From a virus: a stretch of DNA of 64,000 bases. The stretch's first letter is position 1. Every line of letters starts with the position of its first letter. The position numbers and the translations under genes were made by a program. The notes under the pieces were generated by a model, which was not told the origin of the DNA, ran no database searches, and saw only the letters and a list, made by a program, of their open reading frames with translations. Shown piece by piece: positions 9,713 to 19,780 of this stretch. The stretch lies in the UHGV virus genome UHGV-1359874, one strand, 5' to 3'.

Positions 9713-10064
9713 TATATAATGCACAAATTTTTCACTAAAATTTTGTATATTTTGACGAATCCAAATTTTCCCAAAACTTATAGAAAAACTTTTGTAAAAG
9801 TCTTTTATATAACTATTTTGCAGAAACTTCTATAAACAATATGATATAAACAAGTTTTTTATAAAAGTCCTTTCTTGAAGTTTACTGGTAAAATTTGTAA
9901 ATTTTTCTTCCAGTTTTTACCATAAAATTTTCCAGAAATAAGGAAACCGCATTTCCATAAAAATCCATATAAAAAATTCTTGACATAACCGCCTTTATAT
10001 GCTATACTAATGATGTTCTCAAGAGGGAATGAACATTGAAAATTAAAAAAGGATGTGGTAAAAT

Positions 10065-10670
10065 ATGGCAAAAAAGTCAATGGCGGATTGCGTTTATGAT
10101 CTGGATTTTGAGGAAGCATATTCCAGATGGAAAGATACCTCTGCCCGCTGGAAAGGTGAATGGTATGCGGTTTGTGAAACCATTTATTCAAAAGCGAAAG
10201 AATGGTCACAAAAATATATCCTTGACCCTATCAGCCGCACTATTAAAAAAATCACCAGCATTAAAGAGATTTTCGCCGCAAAAGTAAAGAATACAAATAT
10301 TCTTATTGCGGATGACTGTCCAGAATGGAATAATTCTAGCGGGATTGAAAAGTGCTATCTTATTGAGTTCTTCAATGAAAAGTTTGAAAGTATTGCGTCA
10401 AAAGTTGGTACAACTGTCAGAACTGTTCAGACTCGTATTCGAGAAGAACTAAAATCCAAAACTTACCAGAATATGGGCGCAAAATATTGCGTGATTCATC
10501 GGGTGTATAATTGTGGAGACATTCCCGCTGAAGGTGCTGAAAGTCTGTTTCGTGCGGAGTATATTAAACGGTATCCCGCCAGCTTTTGCAAGAATGACCG
10601 CTTTATTAAAGAACATTTTGACTATGCAGAAGCCGATAAAATCTTTAAAAATTATATCGAAAAGGCTTGA
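10065..10670 (+). CDS. hypothetical protein with sigma-70 region-4-like HTH
   Basis: segment KFESIASKVGTTVRTVQTRIREEL resembles sigma/LuxR-type HTH; promoter ttgacataaccgcctttatatgctatact upstream. Confidence 0.5.
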   Translation: MAKKSMADCVYDLDFEEAYSRWKDTSARWKGEWYAVCETIYSKAKEWSQKYILDPISRTIKKITSIKEIFAAKVKNTNILIADDCPEWNNSSGIEKCYLIEFFNEKFESIASKVGTTVRTVQTRIREELKSKTYQNMGAKYCVIHRVYNCGDIPAEGAESLFRAEYIKRYPASFCKNDRFIKEHFDYAEADKIFKNYIEKA

Positions 10671-10853
10671 CAACAGCCCCGCAAAGTGCTATAATCAATA
10701 ATGTCAAGAGGGGATGGAAGTCAGACAGGCTTGTTCCTAAAGAAAGGCAAAATTCCCTCTTGACAAACCCCACAAGCTGTGATACAATAAAGATGCTCCA
10801 AGAGAGAGCAACAACAAATCGACCGCCGAAAAGGCAAGAAAGGAAAATGTTTT

Positions 10854-11258
10854 ATGACTAAGAAGGAAATGTTCGCCGCTATCATCAACGCCGTTGAGGG
10901 CAAGCCCACTGAGACCACCGCCACCGAGATGGTGGAGTTTCTGAACCACGAAATCGACCTGCTGAACCGCAAGCGTTCTTCCAAGTCCTCTAAGCCCACC
11001 GCGAAGCAGATGGAGAACGAGACCATCAAGGAGCGCATTATGGAGATTCTCTCCCATTCTCTGGAAGGTCTCACCGCCACCGACATTATGAATGAGCTGG
11101 AAGCGGTTTCCATTACCGCATCTAACCAGAAGGTGAACGCTCTGGTGAAGCAGCTCATTTCCGCGGAGCTGGTAGACCGGAAGGAAGTCAAGGGTAAGGC
11201 TTATTTCTTCCGTCCCGATGTGGTGGAAGATAAGGCCGAGGAAGGGGATGAGGGCTAA
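10854..11258 (+). CDS. winged-helix DNA-binding protein (paralog of 7758..8186)
   Basis: conserved blocks with 7758 ORF; again two tandem promoters (ttgaca ~10667 and ~10757). Confidence 0.6.
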   Translation: MTKKEMFAAIINAVEGKPTETTATEMVEFLNHEIDLLNRKRSSKSSKPTAKQMENETIKERIMEILSHSLEGLTATDIMNELEAVSITASNQKVNALVKQLISAELVDRKEVKGKAYFFRPDVVEDKAEEGDEG

Positions 11259-11290
11259 AGCCCTCTCCCCTACAAAAGGAAGGTGACTAA

Positions 11291-11653
11291 ATGGAAAAAT
11301 CTTTCTGTGAGGACTGTGCAGAACTGGAAAGAACTACCTGTAAGAAGTGCGGGCTTGCTTATCATCTAGTAACGGATTGCCCGGAAGGCTTTACACAAGA
11401 GGAAGTGAATCAAGCGGCAACCCCCGTTAAAATCAAGCTAGGGGCTAGGGCTGAAAGCAGTAAGCCCAGAAAACCGCGCACAACGCCGCAAAATCCGGAA
11501 AAAATTTCCATTATCCAGGAATTGGCAGAGTTTTTGACTAAAAAAGGTTACAAAAACGTCGAAATTACCAATGAATCCAAGCTGATTGAGTTCAATTTTG
11601 GTAAAAACTACTATAAATTAGATTTAATTTGCAAGCGAAAACCCAAAAATTAA
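11291..11653 (+). CDS. basic zinc-ribbon protein
   Basis: CEDC...CKKC N-terminus, Lys/Arg-rich middle; terminator 11658-11695. Confidence 0.5.
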   Translation: MEKSFCEDCAELERTTCKKCGLAYHLVTDCPEGFTQEEVNQAATPVKIKLGARAESSKPRKPRTTPQNPEKISIIQELAEFLTKKGYKNVEITNESKLIEFNFGKNYYKLDLICKRKPKN

Positions 11654-11657
11654 CAGA

Positions 11658-11695
11658 AATCCTCCCATTTTTTGGGAGGATTTTTTATTTTTGTG
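11658..11695 (+). terminator. rho-independent terminator
   Basis: aatcctccca/tgggaggatt + T-run. Confidence 0.7.
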
Positions 11696-12241
11696 TAATT
11701 TTAACGAAATTTTTATATAATTTTTGTGCATTTTGCTTATTGACAGCGGGCGAGCTAGGTGGTATAATTGTCGGCCCGCGAGCTATCGCGCTGGGCCGTT
11801 TCCCACATTCTGGCTATATATGGCATTTTTTTCTAGTTGTTTGACTCTCATTACCTAATCCCCTAGAATCCCGAAACCCGCACCTCTTTAATATATGGCC
11901 AAATTCTGTAGTTGTTTGATCTAATATGAAATCTCTCTTTGACATTATATAAAAATTATGATATAATATATATACAAAAGAAGAAAGGAGTTTATATTTA
12001 AAATACCAACCGCCATCCTGGAGTGACGCAGGCGGGTTATAAATATGGGCCGAGAACACTTAATCTGCATAAAAATATTATCCGCAAAATAAAAACAAAG
12101 CCCGCGAGAAACCCAACAGTTGTTAAGCTCTCACGGGTAATTTGTTAGAAAATATGCTTAAAAATACGAGACGCGACTTCTTACCTACTCATTATTGTCA
12201 CAAGAGGAAAAGATAACTTAAAATGAACGCTGCGTTTACAT

Positions 12242-13093
12242 TTAATGATTCTTAGTGGTTGACATAATATCTTGCGCCTTCTTAATAATCTTATCCGCAA
12301 TTTTTCCAAGCACTTCCTCATTATTAAGAAGATATACTTGGATAGCTTTAGAACTAACTATCTGCAAATAATCTCCCGCTAAATTCATTAAATCAACGAG
12401 ATCTAATTGCATTGCCGCCATTATCCGCACTCTAATAATTTCTTTATCTATCTTTTGACTTAGAGCTTTCTGCGCATAATCCAACATCTTATCTTCAATA
12501 TCAACTTCATTATATGTCTGAACCATCTTCAGCTCTTCTTTTTCAAAAGCAGAAAGATACTCTTGCATACCAGTCTCATTATTAATACATCTAATTAGAA
12601 TTCTATCACTAATTCCATCTGTCTGCCAATCGCTAGCTTTAAGCTCCTTAGAAAAAGAATTAGAATAACTAAGGGCATAAAGCCCAAATCTATCCATGAC
12701 AATCATAATATCCTGACAAGGTAATGTGCGGCTAGCTACACATATACGTTTAGCTAGACTATCTTTTCTTACCCCAGTAGTTGACATTACTGAATGCCAA
12801 TAGAACGAATCAGGGTTAAATGGCTTATCCGCAATATACTTCTCTAGGTCTGTTAAAGTATCTTCAACCGCAATACTACTATCTCTTGCGCGCTTCTTAT
12901 AAATTGGATTATACACCTTTTTAATTAGAACTGTACGTCCATTATCTTTAACCTCGAAGTCTGCGTACTCTTTTAGTTCTTCGAGCTTCTTGCTTTTCGC
13001 ATTACTGAAACTCTTATATGATAGACCGAACCAATCTGCGAGATCTTGATTATGATATAGCTGATTCTCACATAAAGCTAAAATAACGACCAC
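12242..13093 (-). CDS. hypothetical protein (283 aa)
   Basis: ORF track; first gene of minus block; extended -10 motif (reverse) at ~13095-13130. Confidence 0.55.
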   Translation of the reverse strand: MVVILALCENQLYHNQDLADWFGLSYKSFSNAKSKKLEELKEYADFEVKDNGRTVLIKKVYNPIYKKRARDSSIAVEDTLTDLEKYIADKPFNPDSFYWHSVMSTTGVRKDSLAKRICVASRTLPCQDIMIVMDRFGLYALSYSNSFSKELKASDWQTDGISDRILIRCINNETGMQEYLSAFEKEELKMVQTYNEVDIEDKMLDYAQKALSQKIDKEIIRVRIMAAMQLDLVDLMNLAGDYLQIVSSKAIQVYLLNNEEVLGKIADKIIKKAQDIMSTTKNH

Positions 13094-13405
13094 CCCCTTT
13101 TTCTATATATATTATATAATAATTTTTATTAAAAATCAAGAGAAAAGATAGTAATGTGCGGCAATACTTTATATAAGAATTAACATAAGGAGCACAACAA
13201 TTTTAAACAAGAAACTGCTGTGCTCCCCATTCTAATATAAATATTTATACTGGAATTTTGAAATGAAATTTTTTAAAAAAGAATTATTATTTTCATATGA
13301 AATTTTGGAATGTTCCTTCTGAGTATGGGTGTAAGTTAAAGTTAAAAGAAGAGATACCGGTATTGGAAAAGTTTGAAAATTTTTCGTACACCCCCTCCCC
13401 CTATT

Positions 13406-14113
13406 TCAACCCTTGTCACCGATTTTTTCCACTTTTTCCATATAATCTTTCATCTCTTTATCTGTTTTCTTCCGCCAATAAGCATATCTCACTAAAAACT
13501 TTCCATGATGACGCATTTTAAACGTGTCCAAAGCCGCACCAAACGCATCCTTATAACATTGTAATTCAGCTTGACCACCTAACGTTTCCGCATTAGCAAA
13601 AGCATTAAACACAGTATCTTTATTAATCTGCGCTATACTTAATAGTTGTCGCCATTCATTAACAATATCTTCAGGAGCTGGCTCATATCCTCTCTTATGC
13701 GGATTATACCAACACCAGCAATACTTCTCTTGAACACCATGCTTATTCATAAGCGGGCTTACATAACTTCTTAAAACAGACTCAACCGAATGATGACCAA
13801 ACTTAGCTTCACCAAAACTTTCAAGTGCATCTGCGGCAACCTCATATTTAGTTAAAATCTCCGCTTCTTCTGGAAGATAATCTTGAACAAATTGCTCATA
13901 TTCTTTCATTCTTTCTTTCTTACAGCTCTTCTTTGGCATTTTAGGAATATTTTCAGGTACTTTATCTACTTCATAAAAATATCTTCCATTCCTAACAATC
14001 TCACGGATTTCCATATATTCAGCTAAATAACTTAATACTTGGTCTTTCTTTCTTAGCCAATCATTCTTACTAATATTACATAACTTACTTATTTCAGTTC
14101 TAGATAATTCCAC
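13406..14113 (-). CDS. hypothetical protein, paralog of 15796..16473 (MELSRTEISKLCNISKNDW...)
   Basis: N-terminal 40 aa nearly collinear with the + strand paralog. Confidence 0.55.
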   Translation of the reverse strand: MELSRTEISKLCNISKNDWLRKKDQVLSYLAEYMEIREIVRNGRYFYEVDKVPENIPKMPKKSCKKERMKEYEQFVQDYLPEEAEILTKYEVAADALESFGEAKFGHHSVESVLRSYVSPLMNKHGVQEKYCWCWYNPHKRGYEPAPEDIVNEWRQLLSIAQINKDTVFNAFANAETLGGQAELQCYKDAFGAALDTFKMRHHGKFLVRYAYWRKKTDKEMKDYMEKVEKIGDKG

Positions 14114-14183
14114 TATCTATTTCACCTCCTCTCATCTATATATAAAAAACATTGATGCTAAACTAACAATCTTTGTCCAGAAA

Positions 14184-14320
14184 TTTTAGCATCAATTTTA
14201 TGCAGATGAGGGGGTCTAATAAATGTGTATAAAATGGGTAACAAAACACACAAAACGATCCTATTTATACACATTTGCTACCTAAGTAATGTGCTAGTTT
14301 AGCATCAATTTTATGCAGAC
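14184..14320. repeat. direct repeats tttagcatcaattttatgcaga (x2) plus inverted repeats (aaatgtgtataaa/tttatacacattt)
   Basis: copies at ~14184-14206 and ~14297-14319; ORF-free 14114-14534. Confidence 0.6.
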
Positions 14321-14534
14321 CCCGGTATATATATGGGTCTGAAAAAAAATGATGCTAAAGTAATAAAAATGCAAGGCCGCGACATCCCTATTTTGGTCTA
14401 GCTACTATACACCCGCCACTTTAATATAGTGAATTTTGTAACTTTCTTTTCGACTCTTATATAATATAGTGTCGAAATAAAAATGACAAAATTTAGTGTG
14501 TTAAAAAAGGGACGGATTTTACCCGTCCCTTATC

Positions 14535-15209
14535 TTACTGCCTCAGCAACTCATCAATCTGGTCAATAAGGCTCTTATTCTCCGCGCAATCAACCTTCTT
14601 ATCCTTCTTATCGCACTTGCACTCCTTCTTAGTGTCTCCAAACAAAGTATCAAGCAACGGTTCAAAATTAGGATCAGAAATACCAGAACTTGCGGCGGTC
14701 CCCTTAAAGAACTTATTAAAACCCCCAGTTCCTCCCTTAAAGAACTTATTAAACTCCTTCATATTATCAATTACCTTTTCCTCAGCAAGGAATGCCTTCT
14801 CCAATTCCTGAATATTCAATTCCTGAATATCCTTCTTCTCAACCCAACCACAATCAAGAGCATACTGAATAGAAGCTTCAATCAACTTAGTGCGTGCGGC
14901 GTCCCGCTTAGCGATCTTCTCCTTCTCGTCATTTGCGGTCTTCTTCTTAGCCTCTTCTTCAGCCTTAATACGAGCCTCAATCTTCTCAATCTCAGACATA
15001 ATCTCCGCAGAGCTAGCACCCCCGCGAATCAGACTCTCAACAATATTAACATCATTCTTAGACATAGCCATATATATTATATCTCCCATCAATCCAACTA
15101 TCCAGCAGCAGAGCTGTTGTCTATAATTGTTATTTTTTACTAACAGTTTTCCACTGTCTTTTCTTCTTTTGTCTATATATATTATATAATAAATAATAAA
15201 AAATGTCAA
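14535..15209 (-). CDS. hypothetical coiled-coil protein; true start probably MAMSKND (~15071)
   Basis: ORF track; Glu/Lys-rich heptads; 5' part of listed ORF is low-complexity and overlaps promoter motif. Confidence 0.5.
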   Translation of the reverse strand: MTFFIIYYIIYIDKRRKDSGKLLVKNNNYRQQLCCWIVGLMGDIIYMAMSKNDVNIVESLIRGGASSAEIMSEIEKIEARIKAEEEAKKKTANDEKEKIAKRDAARTKLIEASIQYALDCGWVEKKDIQELNIQELEKAFLAEEKVIDNMKEFNKFFKGGTGGFNKFFKGTAASSGISDPNFEPLLDTLFGDTKKECKCDKKDKKVDCAENKSLIDQIDELLRQ

Positions 15210-15504
15210 AAGTAAAAATATCCAAGTATCTTATTCAATTATCAAATCGGCTTATTGGCGAAATCAACCGAGCGCAGCGAGAGTTGATTACCCCATAAGT
15301 CCGATTTGGTCATCCCCTGAGCGAGCGACCGCAAGGGAGCAAGCGAAGAGGGACGGGAGGGAGCGTGGCAAAGCCACGCAACTATCTTATTATTAATGCG
15401 GCAACATTTTTATTAACCTTAGCAATTCTGCTAAGCATCACCGCCCTGTTTCATTTGCTCTTGTTTATAAAAGTAACAATCTACTTTAACACATTTTGCT
15501 TCAA

Positions 15505-15571
15505 CAAAAGTTGCCCCATTTTTCTGTACATAATAGATATACTGAACGTCAGAATTTTGGGGCAACTTTTG
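15505..15571. repeat. inverted repeat caaaagttgcccca ... tggggcaacttttg (arms followed by T-runs on both strands)
   Basis: read directly; shares core ccccaaaat with second IR. Confidence 0.6.
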
Positions 15572-15608
15572 CTATAATAAAAATGCTACCTAACAAATCT
15601 CTTAAATT

Positions 15609-15661
15609 AGCCCCAAAATTCTCCTGGTAATATATATATAGAATAGGAGAATTTTGGGGCT
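15609..15661. repeat. perfect 16-bp inverted repeat agccccaaaattctcc / ggagaattttggggct, 21-nt AT spacer
   Basis: read directly. Confidence 0.65.
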
Positions 15662-15795
15662 AAAATAGCACTTTTCTTAGTCTATAGATTCTCTTAAAAA
15701 ATTTTTACTCGCGGCGGTGCCAATTTTGATAAATTAATCCCAAACATTTTTTATATTATAATGTAAGAGATAAACAATAGAAAGGAAATGATTAA

Positions 15796-16473
15796 ATGGA
15801 ACTAAATCGTACACAATTAAATAAATTATATAATTTAAATAAACATAATTGGGAACGCCGCCATGATGAAGTATTAGACTATCTTTCAGGTTATATGTCT
15901 ATTGAAGAAATATATCAAAAAAATAATAGATATATTTATATCATAAATGATGATGCTCCAACTGATATTCCTTCATTTAAAGAATTCTCTGCTCAACAGC
16001 GAGATGCAGATTTCAGAGCTTTTGTCAAAGAAAACTTATCAGAAGATTTTCAATATGAAAGTTATTCTCATATGGCTAGACAAGCCATTAAGAAATTTGC
16101 TAAAGAAAAATATAAATATCGTAGTTCAGAATATTTAGCTAAAAAAATTATTAAACCAATCATGTTAGAAGAAGGTATCGCAACAGAAGAGAAATATTGG
16201 GCTATTCTTAATACAAATATTGACGAATACCTTGAACCAACAAAAGAACAAATAGCTGGATGGTTTAAAATTCTTGAAAAAAATAAGTTCACCGCACTCG
16301 AAGCACAAAATGCTATTATTCAAACTTATCAAACCAAGAATTATGAAGCGGTTGATGAACAGCTAAACCGCTACAAATCTGCTCTTGAGGAATGGCAAAA
16401 TGAATATGGTTTAAATCTTATTCCAATTCATATTAAGAAATGGAAAGAAGATGGAACACCAGTAATTGGATAA
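15796..16473 (+). CDS. hypothetical protein, paralog of 13406..14113
   Basis: MELNRTQLNKLYNLNKHNWERRHDEVLDYLSGYMSIEEI vs MELSRTEISKLCNISKNDWLRKKDQVLSYLAEYMEIREI. Confidence 0.55.
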   Translation: MELNRTQLNKLYNLNKHNWERRHDEVLDYLSGYMSIEEIYQKNNRYIYIINDDAPTDIPSFKEFSAQQRDADFRAFVKENLSEDFQYESYSHMARQAIKKFAKEKYKYRSSEYLAKKIIKPIMLEEGIATEEKYWAILNTNIDEYLEPTKEQIAGWFKILEKNKFTALEAQNAIIQTYQTKNYEAVDEQLNRYKSALEEWQNEYGLNLIPIHIKKWKEDGTPVIG

Positions 16474-16501
16474 TAAGCTGGCTTTGCCAGCTTATTCATC
16501 C

Positions 16502-16738
16502 TTATTCATCAAAAGAAATATCTTCCATCCCGTCTCCCATTAACTCAATCGAACTAACATCACCGCAATCATCCATCTGAATCTCCATATTATGAGTCCA
16601 AAGCAATGCGGAAATCTTCTGCTCATCAACCGCCATAATATAACCAATAGGTTGACCATAAATAGTAATGGGCATATCAACCGCGCTAGATGTTAAATCA
16701 ATTTCATTTGGAATCAAAATACCAATACAATTTTTCAT
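16502..16738 (-). CDS. hypothetical acidic protein
   Basis: ORF track; tightly packed in minus operon. Confidence 0.4.
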   Translation of the reverse strand: MKNCIGILIPNEIDLTSSAVDMPITIYGQPIGYIMAVDEQKISALLWTHNMEIQMDDCGDVSSIELMGDGMEDISFDE

Positions 16739-16741
16739 TTC

Positions 16742-17254
16742 TTACTCTTGACTTACCCCTACAAATGCCACTTTAACAGGCTTTCCAGTTGCGGTTTCTA
16801 CAAATAAAACATCATCATATGCGGGATCCAGCTCAAAACGATACAAGGGTCTAGTTACAAACTTCGTTGTATCGGACTCCCGCATCAACCTATAATATAC
16901 AGTAGCATATCTAAAATAATTCTTAGTCAGCTGAATCGTTTCAGCTTTACATTTATCAGTGAAAATAATCTGATTATAGGAATCTATAAAATCTAATTTA
17001 AATGCAAAAGTAATTCGTGCATTCTGCATCAAAAGACTAATTTTACTCTTGTCAATTTTCTGACTAGTAAAATTATCAATTATCATTGCATTATATTCAA
17101 CTTGAGCATCTGAACAAAAATGTAGATCAATCAAAGATGAATTATAATCTTCAATAAATGCCGCAACCGTCTCATTATAATCCTCTTGATTCTCGCACAT
17201 AACAAGAATATTGGGACAAAGAATATTAATAATATCAGTATATTTATTATCCAA
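16742..17254 (-). CDS. hypothetical protein (170 aa)
   Basis: ORF track. Confidence 0.5.
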   Translation of the reverse strand: MDNKYTDIINILCPNILVMCENQEDYNETVAAFIEDYNSSLIDLHFCSDAQVEYNAMIIDNFTSQKIDKSKISLLMQNARITFAFKLDFIDSYNQIIFTDKCKAETIQLTKNYFRYATVYYRLMRESDTTKFVTRPLYRFELDPAYDDVLFVETATGKPVKVAFVGVSQE

Positions 17255-17316
17255 TTACCTAAACCTCCGAATCTTAAACTTGCGGCGACCGTTTCTATTC
17301 GTCACCGTATTCTCAA

Positions 17317-17547
17317 TCATAGACACTCTTGAAACGCCCATTTTTGGGGAAAGTCGTAATACATCTTATTTCTATTAATCGGAAAATAAAAATAATAAGT
17401 AACTATATATTTATCGCTGCACCGCCACTGAATCTCGTTTCCTTTTGAACCAGTCTTTTCAACAGGACTAATTTCATTTAGAGTAGATAAATTCAAAACC
17501 ATTTCTCTATCAATTTCATCAAAATTATAATATATATATTGATTCAT
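17317..17547 (-). CDS. hypothetical protein (76 aa)
   Basis: ORF track. Confidence 0.4.
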   Translation of the reverse strand: MNQYIYYNFDEIDREMVLNLSTLNEISPVEKTGSKGNEIQWRCSDKYIVTYYFYFPINRNKMYYDFPQKWAFQECL

Positions 17548-17924
17548 TTTATTAACCCTAGCGTTTTATAAAATTTACAATTTATATTTTCATTTGCTAT
17601 TGATTTATTCAACACGGCAACAGCTTCATCTGTAATATCAAAAGCATTAAAAGCTATAATAAACTCAGCTTTATCTTGCGGCAATGCCTGATTAGTAACC
17701 CAATTAATAAAATTATCTTGTAGGGTATTTAATAAATCCTCTTGAGTATTACAAAAAACAATAGAACTATCTACATCAATTTTATCATATTTATCAAAAG
17801 TAACCCAACGATACAAATTATCGGTGACACGGTTTAGCTTTTCTGCTGGATACAATCTGACTTTAAAATTTTCTAATATGGCATTTTTATCTGCGGTATC
17901 CGCATAATAAAACATATAAAGCAT
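17544..17924 (-). CDS. hypothetical protein (126 aa)
   Basis: ORF track; 4-nt overlap with downstream gene. Confidence 0.5.
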   Translation of the reverse strand: MLYMFYYADTADKNAILENFKVRLYPAEKLNRVTDNLYRWVTFDKYDKIDVDSSIVFCNTQEDLLNTLQDNFINWVTNQALPQDKAEFIIAFNAFDITDEAVAVLNKSIANENINCKFYKTLGLIK

Positions 17925-17926
17925 CC

Positions 17927-18364
17927 TTATAAAGTCTCCATATATTCATCAAAACTGATCTGATGCGGCGTTTCATTTTCCATGTAAAATGTATCCGCCT
18001 TCTCCGCATAAAATGTCTTGTAAATTTCGTGATCTTTAATCTTAATTACATAACAATTATTACCACACCCCGTTTTAACAAGAGCTGGAATAGCTATCAA
18101 TTCAACTACATCTTTTGAAATACCAGGTTCAAGAAAAACCTGCGTAGCAACTCGTCCTTTTGCATTACCATTTGGCTTGACAAAAGTAACAGTAATCATA
18201 CCATTTGTACAAATTGTACTTACTGTATTACTTCTGCGGCAAGTATATTCCATACCATGTGAATGAAACTTCTCAATAATAAATTCCCAAACCGCATCAA
18301 AGAATTCTTGTGTCTGATAAAATACTACAATTCTATTATTCAATAAACTTTCGAGCATCAGCAT
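17927..18364 (-). CDS. hypothetical protein (145 aa)
   Basis: ORF track. Confidence 0.5.
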   Translation of the reverse strand: MLMLESLLNNRIVVFYQTQEFFDAVWEFIIEKFHSHGMEYTCRRSNTVSTICTNGMITVTFVKPNGNAKGRVATQVFLEPGISKDVVELIAIPALVKTGCGNNCYVIKIKDHEIYKTFYAEKADTFYMENETPHQISFDEYMETL

Positions 18365-18764
18365 TTCTTCTATTCAATCCTTTATAATAATCATCTGCAG
18401 TAACAATACCGTCTAAAGCTATAGGATAAACAAAATATTCAATCTCTGGATTTTTACTCTTGATAAATTCATAATCTTCAAGAGAAACAAAAGGACTTAG
18501 ATAAATCATATCAATATGCTCATTATCAAAAGGAAGATAACCAATAGGAGAAAAGTTTCCTTTACACTTTTGCATATTAACCCCAGCATATTCATTTTTA
18601 TTGGTGCGGATAATCCAAGAAAAAGAATTGAAAAAAGCGCTATACAGAATTTCATCCTTATCTTGATTATAATCTGCATGAGTCTTATAAAGAAATCTTG
18701 TAAAACTATCTAGTCTCTGAGTTTCATTTGTCGCAATATATCCAATTCGCTCAATTTTATCCAT
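18336..18764 (-). CDS. hypothetical protein (142 aa)
   Basis: ORF track. Confidence 0.5.
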   Translation of the reverse strand: MDKIERIGYIATNETQRLDSFTRFLYKTHADYNQDKDEILYSAFFNSFSWIIRTNKNEYAGVNMQKCKGNFSPIGYLPFDNEHIDMIYLSPFVSLEDYEFIKSKNPEIEYFVYPIALDGIVTADDYYKGLNRRNADARKFIE

Positions 18765-18809
18765 TATATTTTACTCCAAATAAATTTACCGTTAATAATT
18801 TTGTTACTC

Positions 18810-19223
18810 TCACAACTCATATGGAATTTCATTCACATTATGAATAATAGCTAAAATATTATCCTTTGGAGAATCTTCATCAAAAAGATAGAACTCCTTC
18901 TCTAGACAAACATCCATCCCACATTCTAGATCATATTTAATTTGTTCAATTTGATTATATGGTCTAATAGTATTCGGGTCAACTGGCACTCTTTCAAGAC
19001 CAAGATCAGAAGCTCCACCGCAGATGCCACCACTGCCATACCTATTAGAATACATCCAATAAGTCCACTCTGTTTCTGGAGAATACCATGGCTCTTCAAT
19101 AACAATCCAGCCAATAACAGATTTACCTCCAAAATCTTTTGCTATAAACTGATAATTTTCTTGCTTATTTGTCTTATCAAAAATTCTAACTGAAGTAGCA
19201 CGCATATACATCTCTCCATACAT
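18810..19223 (-). CDS. hypothetical protein (137 aa)
   Basis: ORF track. Confidence 0.5.
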   Translation of the reverse strand: MYGEMYMRATSVRIFDKTNKQENYQFIAKDFGGKSVIGWIVIEEPWYSPETEWTYWMYSNRYGSGGICGGASDLGLERVPVDPNTIRPYNQIEQIKYDLECGMDVCLEKEFYLFDEDSPKDNILAIIHNVNEIPYEL

Positions 19224-19276
19224 AATAGTACAAATAATTTACCATATTACAAGGCTTAAAAGCTACTGTAAAATAA

Positions 19277-19543
19277 TTAATTGTTATGTTTTTTATCAAT
19301 CACTGATCTATATGCCATACATCTACCAAACAATTTAGTTTTACAAGTTTTTTCATAGATACATCCATAACACTTTGGATTATCAACTGTTGTAAAATCA
19401 ATTTGATCTCCAAGTGTAATATCTTCCACATCCGCAAGATTTTCTGCAAATTTATTAACAGCTTCTTCAATAATTTCTGGATGCTCCTTAATATACTTAT
19501 CAATTTTTTCTAATGCTGTATCAAACTGTTCTGGTGTTATCAC
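19277..19543 (-). CDS. hypothetical protein (88 aa)
   Basis: ORF track. Confidence 0.45.
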   Translation of the reverse strand: MITPEQFDTALEKIDKYIKEHPEIIEEAVNKFAENLADVEDITLGDQIDFTTVDNPKCYGCIYEKTCKTKLFGRCMAYRSVIDKKHNN

Positions 19544-19555
19544 AATAATTTTACC

Positions 19556-19780
19556 TCAAATCCATATATACGGCCTAACATCATCTGCTTTAACTAGTAC
19601 AAGATTTTGATATATATCATCTGGCTGAACAATATAATAAAGTCTTACGCCTGTTATCAGATAATCAATTATTTCTCCTGACTCAATCCCATGCTGACTT
19701 CTTTGCCATTCAACCATCGTGCCAAGCATAATATCATCTTTATCAATATAACGCTTTATACTCATAATTATTATTAACAA
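19556..19780 (-). CDS. hypothetical protein (74 aa)
   Basis: ORF track. Confidence 0.45.
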   Translation of the reverse strand: MLIIIMSIKRYIDKDDIMLGTMVEWQRSQHGIESGEIIDYLITGVRLYYIVQPDDIYQNLVLVKADDVRPYIWI

